Source: Acidobacteriota bacterium
GTDB lineage: Bacteria > Acidobacteriota > UBA6911 > RPQK01 > JAJDTT01
DNA length: 64,000 bases
Assembly (NCBI GenBank): GCA_965263035.1
Contig: OZ253580.1
Location: 5,600,001-5,664,000, forward strand
Reading direction: 5' to 3'
Position 1 is the first letter of the stretch; each line of letters opens with the position of its first letter. A model generated the notes under the pieces. The model saw nothing but the letters and a program-made list of their open reading frames with translations, ran no database searches and was not told where the DNA came from. Made by a program: the position numbers and the translations under genes. Shown one piece after another: positions 21,307-30,153 of the stretch.

Positions 21307-22575
21307 ATGACTCCTGAGGATCGCGCCGTCAACGCGGTGGATGCGCTGGGCGAAGAATATCTGCAATTTCTGGCGGACCTGGTCCGTTGCCCCACGCTGC
21401 TGGGTCAGGAGGCGGAGTGCCAGGAGTTGATCTACCGGCGCCTCGTGGACCTCGGTCTGGAGACCCGGAAGTGGGATCCCGACCCCGCATCGATGGAGTC
21501 GGACCCCGATTTCGTGCCCGTAAGCCGGGAGTATGTTGGGCGGCCCAATGTGGCCGGTGTTCTGGTACCCGCCGCCGCCGGCGGGCGGAGCCTGGTGCTG
21601 AACGGGCACGTGGACGTGGTGCCTCTCGGACCCCTGCACTGGTGGAGCTTCGATCCCTGGGGAGCGGAGGTTCGGCAAGGCCGGATGTACGGGCGCGGCG
21701 CCCTGGACATGAAGAGCGGGCTGGTGGCGGCCCTGCTGGCGGTGGCGGCGGTCCGCGAGTCGGGCGCCCGGCTGCGGGGGCCGGTCCGGGTGGAGAGCGT
21801 CATCGAGGAGGAGTGCACGGGAAACGGAATGTTGGCGAGTCGCCTGGATTCAGGAAGAGTGGACGGCGCCGTCCTGACCGAGCCCACCGGGCTCCAGGTC
21901 TGGACCGCCACACTGGGCGTGCTCTGGTTCGAGGTCTGCGTCCGGGGCCGGCCGGCCTACGTGGGAGAACCGGGACGCCAGGTGAACGCGATAGAGAAGG
22001 CGGCGTCTCTCATTCACCGCCTCAAGCCGGCGGTCGTCGAGGCTCTGAATCGGGACTTCCGGCATCCCGCGTACGTTCACCGGCCTCGACCCCTGAGCCT
22101 CAACGTCGGGCGGATCGAGGGAGGCGATTGGCCTTCCAACGTGGCGCTCGAGTGCCGGTTCGGTTGCCGCATGTCGTTTCCCATCGACTGGTCTCCGGAA
22201 CGAGCCCGGAACTTTGCCGAGGAGCAGGTTCGCCGGGCGGCGGCGGACGATTCCTGGCTGGTCCGGAATCCGCCCCGGATCCGCTGTAACGGTTTTCGGG
22301 CCCGAGGTTGGGTCGCGCCCCAGGTGACTGGCCCTTCCAGTCTGGTCGACCTGTTGGAAGAGTGTCACCGTGGCGTCACCGGCCAGGAACTGGAGCGGGA
22401 TGCCTTTCCCGGCACCGCCGACGCCCGTTACTTCAAGGCCGAGCTGGGAGAGCAATCCATCTACTATGGCCCGAGCGGCGGAAATCTCCATGCGCCGGAC
22501 GAGTACGTGGAACTGGAGTCGGTCCTGGAGGCCGCCCGCGTGCTCTCCCGGCTGGTGATCAGGTGGTGTAGTTGA
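21307..22575 (+). CDS. ArgE/DapE family (M20) deacylase
   Basis: NGHVDVVP, GRGALDMKSG, EEE and HAPDE motifs. Confidence 0.9.
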   Translation: MTPEDRAVNAVDALGEEYLQFLADLVRCPTLLGQEAECQELIYRRLVDLGLETRKWDPDPASMESDPDFVPVSREYVGRPNVAGVLVPAAAGGRSLVLNGHVDVVPLGPLHWWSFDPWGAEVRQGRMYGRGALDMKSGLVAALLAVAAVRESGARLRGPVRVESVIEEECTGNGMLASRLDSGRVDGAVLTEPTGLQVWTATLGVLWFEVCVRGRPAYVGEPGRQVNAIEKAASLIHRLKPAVVEALNRDFRHPAYVHRPRPLSLNVGRIEGGDWPSNVALECRFGCRMSFPIDWSPERARNFAEEQVRRAAADDSWLVRNPPRIRCNGFRARGWVAPQVTGPSSLVDLLEECHRGVTGQELERDAFPGTADARYFKAELGEQSIYYGPSGGNLHAPDEYVELESVLEAARVLSRLVIRWCS

Positions 22576-22594
22576 AAAAAGGAGACAAGACGGA

Positions 22595-23329
22595 ATGGTA
22601 GTTCTGATCACCGGCGCCAGCCGGGGGATCGGGGTCGGATTGGCGGAAGGATTCGCCGTCCCGGGAGCCCGCTTGGCGCTGACGGCCCGGAGGAGGACGT
22701 CGCTACAGGAGACCTGCCGCAGAGTCGAGGCTCGTGGGGCTCGGCCTCTGCCCTTGGCGTTGGACGTGCGGCGCCGGGAGGACATGCCGGCGGTCGTCGA
22801 TCAGGTGGAAGCCGAGTTGGGCCCCATTCAGGTGCTGGTCAACAATGCCGGCGTCAACATTCCCCGTCCGGCCGAGCAGGTGACCGAGGAGCAATGGGAC
22901 GAGATTCTGGACGCCAACCTCAAGGGGGCCTTTTTTTTGGCGCAGGAGGTGGGACGCCGGATGATCCCCCGGGGACGGGGGACCATCGTCAACGTAGCCT
23001 CGGCGGCCGGGCTGGTGGCCCGTGAGGAAAGAGCGGCCTACGGCTCCAGCAAGGCGGGCATGATCATGTTGACCCGGGTGCTGGCTCTGGAATGGGCCCG
23101 GCACGGCATCACCGTCAACGCCGTCGCACCCACCTTCGTGGAAACCGACCTCGCGGCGCAGACGCTGGATCGTCCCGGCATGCGGGAGAAGATCCTGGGC
23201 CAGATTCCCCTGCGGCGACTGGCGACGGTGGAAGATGTCGCCGCCTCGGTTCTTTTCCTGGCCTCCCCTCAGGCCAGTTTCCTCACCGGTGTGGTTCTCC
23301 CCGTGGACGGTGGCGCCACCCTGCGCTGA
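22595..23329 (+). CDS. SDR family oxidoreductase
   Basis: TGASRGIG, NNAG and YGSSK motifs. Confidence 0.9.
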   Translation: MVVLITGASRGIGVGLAEGFAVPGARLALTARRRTSLQETCRRVEARGARPLPLALDVRRREDMPAVVDQVEAELGPIQVLVNNAGVNIPRPAEQVTEEQWDEILDANLKGAFFLAQEVGRRMIPRGRGTIVNVASAAGLVAREERAAYGSSKAGMIMLTRVLALEWARHGITVNAVAPTFVETDLAAQTLDRPGMREKILGQIPLRRLATVEDVAASVLFLASPQASFLTGVVLPVDGGATLR

Positions 23330-23392
23330 AGTAAGAGACGCCCCCCCACCGGCTGCGGACCTGCGCAATCCTGGCAGAAAAAAAGGGGGGCC

Positions 23393-23465
23393 GTGGGAGC
23401 GGGGGTTTGTAACCCCCGATTCCGGGTCGGCGATGAAGAGGGGGACAAGAATGTCCCCCCTCCTA
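23393..23465. repeat. REP pair between convergent genes
   Basis: GGGGGTTTGTAACCCCC and GGGGGACAAGAATGTCCCCC palindromes. Confidence 0.65.
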
Positions 23466-23470
23466 GGAGT

Positions 23471-24514
23471 CTAGGTCGACGGCGGCCGGGAGGAGAGGCC
23501 GGAGATGATCGTATCCACGTGCATGGTGAATTCCAGGGCATTGTGGATCAGGCGGCCTCGCGTGGACTCGCCGTCGGTGGGAGGCCAGTAGCCGTCCCGG
23601 TGCTGTTGCCGAACGAACCAGTCACCCATGCGGTAGGTCCAGGCCTCATAACGGGGATCGCCCGTGATGAGGTAGAGCAACGAACTTCCCCAGCCGCTCT
23701 TGCAGACCGGATCATAGCGGAACTGGCCGTCGATGGCGGCCATGGAGAAGTCCTGGTACCGGCGCGCCAACTCCAGGTAGTTCGGATCGGGGTCAGCCAG
23801 AAACAGGCGGCAGAGGAACCCGGCGGCGATTCCTCCCACGGTCCAGCGCTGGAGCCGTGCGACGCGATTCTCGACCACGAACCAGAAGGCTCGATCCGGG
23901 GGGAACTCCCGGTTGGTCGCTTGGCGGGCGCGGGACCAGTCGTAGTAGAAGCGGTCCGGAAGTTCGTCCTGGGCGTCGTAGATCCTTTGCAGGAAGCTCG
24001 CCACCGACCGCGCCGCCTCCAGATTTCCCGTTGCCAGGCACGCGAAGCCGCCCCCGGCGGTGTAGGGGATGCTCTGATCGTCGCTCTTGGAGCCGTTCTC
24101 GCGACGGTCGTTGGCGAAGGCGCCTGAAGCCGGGTCCTGCCAACGCAGGAGTGCCGGCATGAGACCGTGGGAGAGGTCGTATTGGCCCGCCATCTGGGCG
24201 CCCACGATCAGAGCCGAGTCCCGGTAGGCCCAGGCGTCGTTGAGCTTCCGGCAGGGTCCGCCGATGCGGCCGTCCGGTTGGAGCATGTGTTTTCTGATCC
24301 AACCGCACAGGCGGCTTGCCGCCCCGGTTTCCCCCACCAGGGAAAAGGTCCAAGGGCCGCGGTAGAAGAAATATCCCTCGCTCACGTCGCCGATGGACCC
24401 GTCGGGATTCATCTGGTCCAGCAGCCATCGGGTTGCTTGCCCCCGGACCCGCCTGTAGCGCGCCACACGATCTCTCTTTTGTTCTGCCGTCAACTCGCCG
24501 CTGGTGCCCCGCAT
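23471..24514 (-). CDS. hypothetical (alpha/alpha)-barrel, prenyltransferase-repeat-like protein
   Basis: QW-like repeats WLLDQMNPDGS, WQDPASGAF and QQHRDGYW. Confidence 0.6.
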   Translation of the reverse strand: MRGTSGELTAEQKRDRVARYRRVRGQATRWLLDQMNPDGSIGDVSEGYFFYRGPWTFSLVGETGAASRLCGWIRKHMLQPDGRIGGPCRKLNDAWAYRDSALIVGAQMAGQYDLSHGLMPALLRWQDPASGAFANDRRENGSKSDDQSIPYTAGGGFACLATGNLEAARSVASFLQRIYDAQDELPDRFYYDWSRARQATNREFPPDRAFWFVVENRVARLQRWTVGGIAAGFLCRLFLADPDPNYLELARRYQDFSMAAIDGQFRYDPVCKSGWGSSLLYLITGDPRYEAWTYRMGDWFVRQQHRDGYWPPTDGESTRGRLIHNALEFTMHVDTIISGLSSRPPST

Positions 24515-24687
24515 TTGGTTGGCGATACTACCAGCCGGTCCGATCCGCTGCCGCGTCCGATTTTCTCGCGCCGGGAAACGGGAGAAGGAAGAACCGAGCG
24601 TCATGGCGCGGGAGTAACCTGTCGTGGGGCCAGAAGGGTCTGGCCGGATCTCTGGTGGGGCGCCGGGAAGGGGAATCGGCGAGACTC

Positions 24688-26337
24688 ATGAACGACATGA
24701 CGAAGAGGATTCTGATCGTTGCTCCGGTCGCGTTGATCATCGTCCTTGCCCTGTCGTTTCTGCCCGTCGATCGAGACTACCTGTCGTCCCGGCACGTGGA
24801 GGTGACCTGGCTGGCGCTGCTCCCGCCGCTGGTGGCCATCGTCTCGGTTCTGATCACTCGCTGGCTCGTCCCTTCGCTTGTCTTTGGCATCGCCAGCGCT
24901 GCCGTGATTCATGCCTGGCCTTCGCCGGCCGGCATGGCCGAGTCGCTCGTCGTGAACTACTTCTGGGATTCGGTGCTGGACTCCTTCCATCTCTCGATAC
25001 TGGGTTTCACGGCGTCACTGCTCGGTCTGGTCAGCGTCACCACGGCCAGCGGGGGACTCCACGGAATGATCAACCTGATCCTGCGGCTGGCGCGGGGACG
25101 CCGTGGGGTATCGGTGGCGACCGTGGGCATGGGCTTCGCGATCTTCTTCGACGACTATGCCAACACGGCGATCGTGGGGCCCACGGTCCGGCCGCTGTTC
25201 GATCGACTCAAGCTGTCCCGTGCCAAGCTGGCCTACCTCATCGACTCGACGGCTGCTCCCATCGCCGGTCTCGCACTGATCTCGACCTGGATCGGGACCG
25301 AGGTCTCCTATCTCCAGGGCGCGGCGCGGGACCTGGGATTGGACGCCAGTGGATACGAGCTGTTTCTCTCGGCCATGGGCTACCGGTTCTATTGCGTTTT
25401 CGCCCTCTTCCTGGTGTTGGTGGTGGCGGCCACCGGCCGCGACTTCGGGCCCATGTTGAAGGTGGAGAGACGGGTGCGCCGGTCCGCGGATGACGCTGGT
25501 CCCCAGAGCGCGGCGGAGTCTCCGGCGATCCGGCCGCGCTGGTACAACGCCGTGGTGCCCATCGGCACGGTGCTGCTCTTGATCATGATCCAGATCTACT
25601 ATTGGGGGAGCCGGGATCCCGGGACCGACCTGGCTTCCCTGTCGGGATGGAAGGATGTGTTCATCCGGGCGGCCGCGGCTCAGGATGGCGAGGCCCTCAC
25701 GTTCGCCATGCTCTACTCGGGTGTGACCGGAGCCGCTCTGGCGATCCTGTTGCCGGCCCTGCAGGGCGTAATGACGGTGCGGGAGGGGCTTCTGGCCTGG
25801 ATGGGGGGTGTCCGGCATGTGTCGGGGGCGCTGGTGGTGATCGTCTGCGCCTGGGCCCTTTCGGCCGGATGCCGGGACTTGGAGACGGCGCATTATGCCG
25901 TCGCCGTGCTGCGGCAGGGCGTGAGCGTCGAGTGGGTTCCGCTGGCGGTGTTCGTGACCGCCGGATTGGTGGCCTTCGCCACCGGGACCAGTTATGGGAC
26001 CATGGCCATCATCATTCCCACGGCCGCCCAGTTGGGGTACGAATCGGGCGGCGAGGCGGTGATGATCCTGGCCATGGCGGCCGTCCTGGACGGCGCCATC
26101 TTCGGCGACCACTGCAGTCCCATCTCCGACACCACCGTCCTCTCTTCCATCTGCAGCGGGTGCGAACATCTGGAGCACGTTCGTACCCAGATCCCCTACG
26201 CTCTTCTCGGTGCCGTCGTGGCCGCCCTTGCCGGCTATGCCCTGGTGGGAGCCTGGGGAGCCGACCTCTGGGTCGGGATGGCCGCGGGTACGACGTCCAT
26301 ACTGGTTCTGATTCACGTCGTGGGCCGGCGGGCCTGA
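24688..26337 (+). CDS. Na+/H+ antiporter NhaC family transporter
   Basis: IFFDDYAN, DSTAAP and GAIFGDHCSPISDTT motifs. Confidence 0.9.
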   Translation: MNDMTKRILIVAPVALIIVLALSFLPVDRDYLSSRHVEVTWLALLPPLVAIVSVLITRWLVPSLVFGIASAAVIHAWPSPAGMAESLVVNYFWDSVLDSFHLSILGFTASLLGLVSVTTASGGLHGMINLILRLARGRRGVSVATVGMGFAIFFDDYANTAIVGPTVRPLFDRLKLSRAKLAYLIDSTAAPIAGLALISTWIGTEVSYLQGAARDLGLDASGYELFLSAMGYRFYCVFALFLVLVVAATGRDFGPMLKVERRVRRSADDAGPQSAAESPAIRPRWYNAVVPIGTVLLLIMIQIYYWGSRDPGTDLASLSGWKDVFIRAAAAQDGEALTFAMLYSGVTGAALAILLPALQGVMTVREGLLAWMGGVRHVSGALVVIVCAWALSAGCRDLETAHYAVAVLRQGVSVEWVPLAVFVTAGLVAFATGTSYGTMAIIIPTAAQLGYESGGEAVMILAMAAVLDGAIFGDHCSPISDTTVLSSICSGCEHLEHVRTQIPYALLGAVVAALAGYALVGAWGADLWVGMAAGTTSILVLIHVVGRRA

Positions 26338-26376
26338 GAGACTTGGGAGAATTCGCCGCATGCGAGACGAAAGGAA

Positions 26377-26401
26377 GGACGACCGCAAGGGTCGTCCCTA
26401 C
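26377..26401. repeat. GTAG-type REP palindrome
   Basis: GGACGACC-GCAAG-GGTCGTCC followed by CTAC. Confidence 0.55.
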
Positions 26402-26533
26402 GCCAGTTGTCTCACTGTTCTCAGCGGCGTGAGACGGCGTCCGAGCGTGGCCGTCCGCCCGTTGACAGGGCCGGAAAGGCCGCTATATGCTGGCGCCCTT
26501 CCCGAATAATCATCAGCGTTTTGGAGGGTCTGA

Positions 26534-27382
26534 ATGATGTTGCGACGGACAAGCGTATTCCTGTTGATGGCGGGGTTGGGACTCACCCAGGCCTGCCAGG
26601 CTTCGAGCCACAAGGATCAAGGAACCCGGTATCTGCGTTTCAGCGTGGACGGCCAGGAAGCCTACGGCATCCTGGAAGGGGATCAGGTCCGGCAACTGAG
26701 TGGGGATCTTTTCGGCGAATGGGAAAAGACCGAAACCACCCACGCGCTGGCGGACGTCACTATTCTGGTCCCCAGCAAGAACCCCTCCAAGGTTCTGGCC
26801 CTGGCCGGGAACTACAAGTCCCACATCGGGAGTTCGGAGCCGAACCCTTATCCGGAGCCCTTCATCAAGCTTCCCTCCTCGTTGCTGGCCCCCGGAGGAG
26901 AGGTCGTCCAGCCGCCCGACACGGATCCGGTGCATTACGAGGCCGAGGTGGTCATCGTCATCGGCAAGCGAGCCCGGAACGTGTCGGTAGAGGCGGCTCT
27001 GGACTATGTCCTGGGCATCACCTGCGGCAACGACATCAGCGCCCGAACCTGGCAGAGAAACGACGTTCAATGGTGGCGCGCCAAGGCGGCCGATACGTTC
27101 AGCCCCACCGGACCTTACATCCTCTCCGGGGTGGACTTCAGCAACCTGAATATGGTGCTCAAGGTCAACGGGGAGGTTCGCCAGGAAGCCAAGATCTCCG
27201 ACATGATCCACGGGCTCGCCGAGTCGGTCAGCTTCATCAGCAAGTACGTGACGCTGGAACCGGGAGATCTGATTTTCACCGGGACCCCGGGGACCACCAA
27301 GGGCATGCAGCCTGGCGACGAGGTCACCGTGGAAATCGAGGGGGTCGGAGTCCTGAAGAACAAAGTCGTCGCAGCCAGTTGA
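26534..27382 (+). CDS. fumarylacetoacetate hydrolase family protein
   Basis: HYEAE, NDISAR and GDLIFTGTPG motifs. Confidence 0.9.
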   Translation: MMLRRTSVFLLMAGLGLTQACQASSHKDQGTRYLRFSVDGQEAYGILEGDQVRQLSGDLFGEWEKTETTHALADVTILVPSKNPSKVLALAGNYKSHIGSSEPNPYPEPFIKLPSSLLAPGGEVVQPPDTDPVHYEAEVVIVIGKRARNVSVEAALDYVLGITCGNDISARTWQRNDVQWWRAKAADTFSPTGPYILSGVDFSNLNMVLKVNGEVRQEAKISDMIHGLAESVSFISKYVTLEPGDLIFTGTPGTTKGMQPGDEVTVEIEGVGVLKNKVVAAS

Positions 27383-27446
27383 CACTTGGCGTCGACGAGT
27401 ACTCGGCGTCCCGTGGCGGCTTTTCCCGCGGGCGCCGAGACCGGAC

Positions 27447-28640
27447 TCAGCTCTTGGAGTCGTAGAGCACGGATGCGGTGAAGCTCAGCAGGTCCCCTTG
27501 GTCCAGGGACACTTTGCGGAGGCGGTCGAAGTCTCCGGCAATCTGGCAGAGTTGGGGGACCGACGAGCACTTCAGCTCGTGCGCTGGAAAATCCTTCAGA
27601 TACTCCACAGAGACCTCGATGGCCTCGTCGTAGCGTTCGATCCTCTCCAGGAGGCGCACCAGGGCCTGGGCAGCGGCGGTCCCATCCGGATCCGAGTCGG
27701 ATCCACCCAGCTTCTTCCGGAAATGCGCCACTCCCTCTGAGATCTCCCGGCCCAGAAGAACCTTCAGGTAGAAGGAGTGGTCCGTATAGAGGTTCTCGAA
27801 GGGAGGCTCGCCGGGGTACTGGAACATCTCCGACAGGCATCGGCCGTAGTCGGTGAGTTCCAGAGTCAGGTTCAAAGAGTGTCGATCTTCCAACCGGGGA
27901 CTCAGTTGAACCACGGAACTGACGTGGGACGTATCGATGTAATAGGTGTTGCCCTCGAAGAGCCAGTCCCGGCCGGCGATCAGCTCGCTGATGCTTCCGG
28001 TGGCCGGAGCCGTCCCCTCCCGGCGCCGAACGCTGCTCTTCAAGTTGGCCAGCAGCTCGGAATGGAGCGTCCTCACCAGCAGCCGTCCCGACTCCTCCTG
28101 CCCATCCGCACTCGGGAACTGGGAGAATGAGGTGATGGCTCGGCAGATTCCGTATCGGGCCAGGATCATCTCGAATCCCTTGCTGGGATTCGCCCCCTCG
28201 TAGAAGGCGATCTCAATGACGGCGTCCTCGGCTTCGTCGGCGGCGATGGCCTTGATCGCTCCGGCAATGGAGCCGTTCTCGCCGATGGCCCGGAAGTAGG
28301 GCCAGGAAGCGATGATGTCTCCGTCGGCCAGAAAGTGTTCTCCCACCTCCCGGGCGGCGGCGATGGTGGCTTGCTCGTATTCCCCCTGGGTCTCGGGATC
28401 GAGCCCTGCAGTCGGCTCGGTCAGGATCAAAGGAAGGCTCATCTGGTGGCGCTTCTGCATGAGTCTGGCCTCGAACAGAAGCGGGTATTTCTTCTCTGCC
28501 TTGAGGTTCAAGATCAGGGACTCGAAAGCCGCTTCCGATCCGTCGGATCGGGCCGCTTCCAGAATCTCTCCGAACGGATCCCGAACCGGAATCGCGGTCG
28601 CGGTCAGGCCCTTCAGGAAGCCACGCCGGTCTCTTGGCAT
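27447..28640 (-). CDS. conserved hypothetical helical/TPR-like protein
   Basis: Long ORF; GICRAIT and YIDTSHVSS motifs; N-terminal RRGFLK. Confidence 0.65.
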   Translation of the reverse strand: MPRDRRGFLKGLTATAIPVRDPFGEILEAARSDGSEAAFESLILNLKAEKKYPLLFEARLMQKRHQMSLPLILTEPTAGLDPETQGEYEQATIAAAREVGEHFLADGDIIASWPYFRAIGENGSIAGAIKAIAADEAEDAVIEIAFYEGANPSKGFEMILARYGICRAITSFSQFPSADGQEESGRLLVRTLHSELLANLKSSVRRREGTAPATGSISELIAGRDWLFEGNTYYIDTSHVSSVVQLSPRLEDRHSLNLTLELTDYGRCLSEMFQYPGEPPFENLYTDHSFYLKVLLGREISEGVAHFRKKLGGSDSDPDGTAAAQALVRLLERIERYDEAIEVSVEYLKDFPAHELKCSSVPQLCQIAGDFDRLRKVSLDQGDLLSFTASVLYDSKS

Positions 28641-28654
28641 GGGCCACACTATAG

Positions 28655-28814
28655 CAGCCCGTGGCAAAAGCCGTCACGGCATTCGACCGTCCCTGCATCG
28701 TGCGCGGACTGCGTTGCTATCGGCTCACATACTCCCGGTATGCTCCCTCCGTTGCGCCTTGTCCGGCGGGCGCAGGAACGGTCTCGGTGCTCGTGGAACT
28801 TTCACCACGGACTG
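28655..28814 (+). mobile_element. MITE copy 1 (160 bp)
   Basis: Terminal inverted repeats CAGCCCGTGG.../...CCACGGACTG; three copies in the window. Confidence 0.85.
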
Positions 28815-28911
28815 CTGGCACTTCCAGACCCGCCAGAAAGTTCGCGATCCGCAGCCGAAACGGCTAGCGAATAACTGAGGTTAAATTGACACTCCCGGGT
28901 TCAGCACGTAT

Positions 28912-30153
28912 ATGGGTGCGACCGATCAACCCGTGGCGGAAAATCAGCAAAAAATCACGTCCGATGTGAGGGGGTGGAGCCGCGACTTCAAACTGCTGGC
29001 TCTGTCCTCCGGGCTCTTGAGCGTCGGGTTCGCGGTCTACATGACCACCTTCAACAACTTCATCGTCGAGGAGATCGGGATCCAGCCCCGTCAATTCGGC
29101 GTATTGGAGTCGATCCGGGAAATTCCCGGCCTTCTGACGGTGGCGTTGATTGCCGTCTCCATCCGCCTCCCGGCGGCTCGTCTGGCGGGGTCTCTGCTCA
29201 TCTTGATGGGCATCGGCATCGGCGCCTACTTCGGCGTCCACACCGTCGGCAGCCTGATCCTGGCCTCTCTGGTGTGGAGCGTGGGCTTTCACGGCTGGCT
29301 TCCGCAGCGGGAGACCCTGGCCCTGACCCTGTCGGACGCCCATAAGGGGAGGCGCCTGGGGCAACTCCGAAGCATCGACGAGTTCGGCTTCCTGCTGGCC
29401 ATGGCCCTGACCTTCGGCTTCATCGGATTCGTGGGTTTCCGTTGGATCTTCCTGGGGGCAGGCATGGCGGTGATCCTGGGAGGATTCGCGATCTTTCCGG
29501 TCCGTGTCCCTGCGGCCATCACATCCGAGGACCGTTTCGTCTTCCGCCGTGAGTACCTCACCTATTATCTCCTGACCTTCTTTCAAGGGTGCCGGCGCCA
29601 GATCTTCGTCGTTTTCGCCGTCTTCTCCATGGTCTTCGTCCACGGCGTGACCACGGAGCAAATCATCGTCCTCATGTTCGTCAACACCCTGCTGGCAGTC
29701 CTGGCGGCGCCCCTGGTCGGGGGCCTGATCGACCGCTTGGGGGAGCGCAAGATCCTCAGCGTCGCCTACTCGATGTTGATCCTCATCTTCTGGGGGTACT
29801 CCTTCATTCAGAACAAGTGGGTGCTCTATGCCCTCTATTGCGTGGACCGTCTCCTGTTTCTGGCGTCCGTATCCTTGAGCACCTATCTGAACAGAATCGC
29901 CCGCACCGCCGACCTGCGCCCGACCATCTCACTCGGCGTGACCCTGAACCACGTGGCGGCGGTGACCCTGCCGCTCGTCGGCGGATTCCTGTGGGACCGT
30001 TTTGGGTACGCCCTCATCTTCCAGATCGGATCTGTGGTGGCAGCCATCGTTCTCATCATTGCCCAATTCATCGAGCCGGCCACAACCAAGCCCCCCCGCC
30101 AAGATGCGGAGGACCTATTCAGAACAGCTCAAGTTGACGATCATCCCCGATGA
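28912..30153 (+). CDS. MFS transporter
   Basis: About 12 TM helices; GGLIDRLGERK motif A. Confidence 0.9.
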   Translation: MGATDQPVAENQQKITSDVRGWSRDFKLLALSSGLLSVGFAVYMTTFNNFIVEEIGIQPRQFGVLESIREIPGLLTVALIAVSIRLPAARLAGSLLILMGIGIGAYFGVHTVGSLILASLVWSVGFHGWLPQRETLALTLSDAHKGRRLGQLRSIDEFGFLLAMALTFGFIGFVGFRWIFLGAGMAVILGGFAIFPVRVPAAITSEDRFVFRREYLTYYLLTFFQGCRRQIFVVFAVFSMVFVHGVTTEQIIVLMFVNTLLAVLAAPLVGGLIDRLGERKILSVAYSMLILIFWGYSFIQNKWVLYALYCVDRLLFLASVSLSTYLNRIARTADLRPTISLGVTLNHVAAVTLPLVGGFLWDRFGYALIFQIGSVVAAIVLIIAQFIEPATTKPPRQDAEDLFRTAQVDDHPR

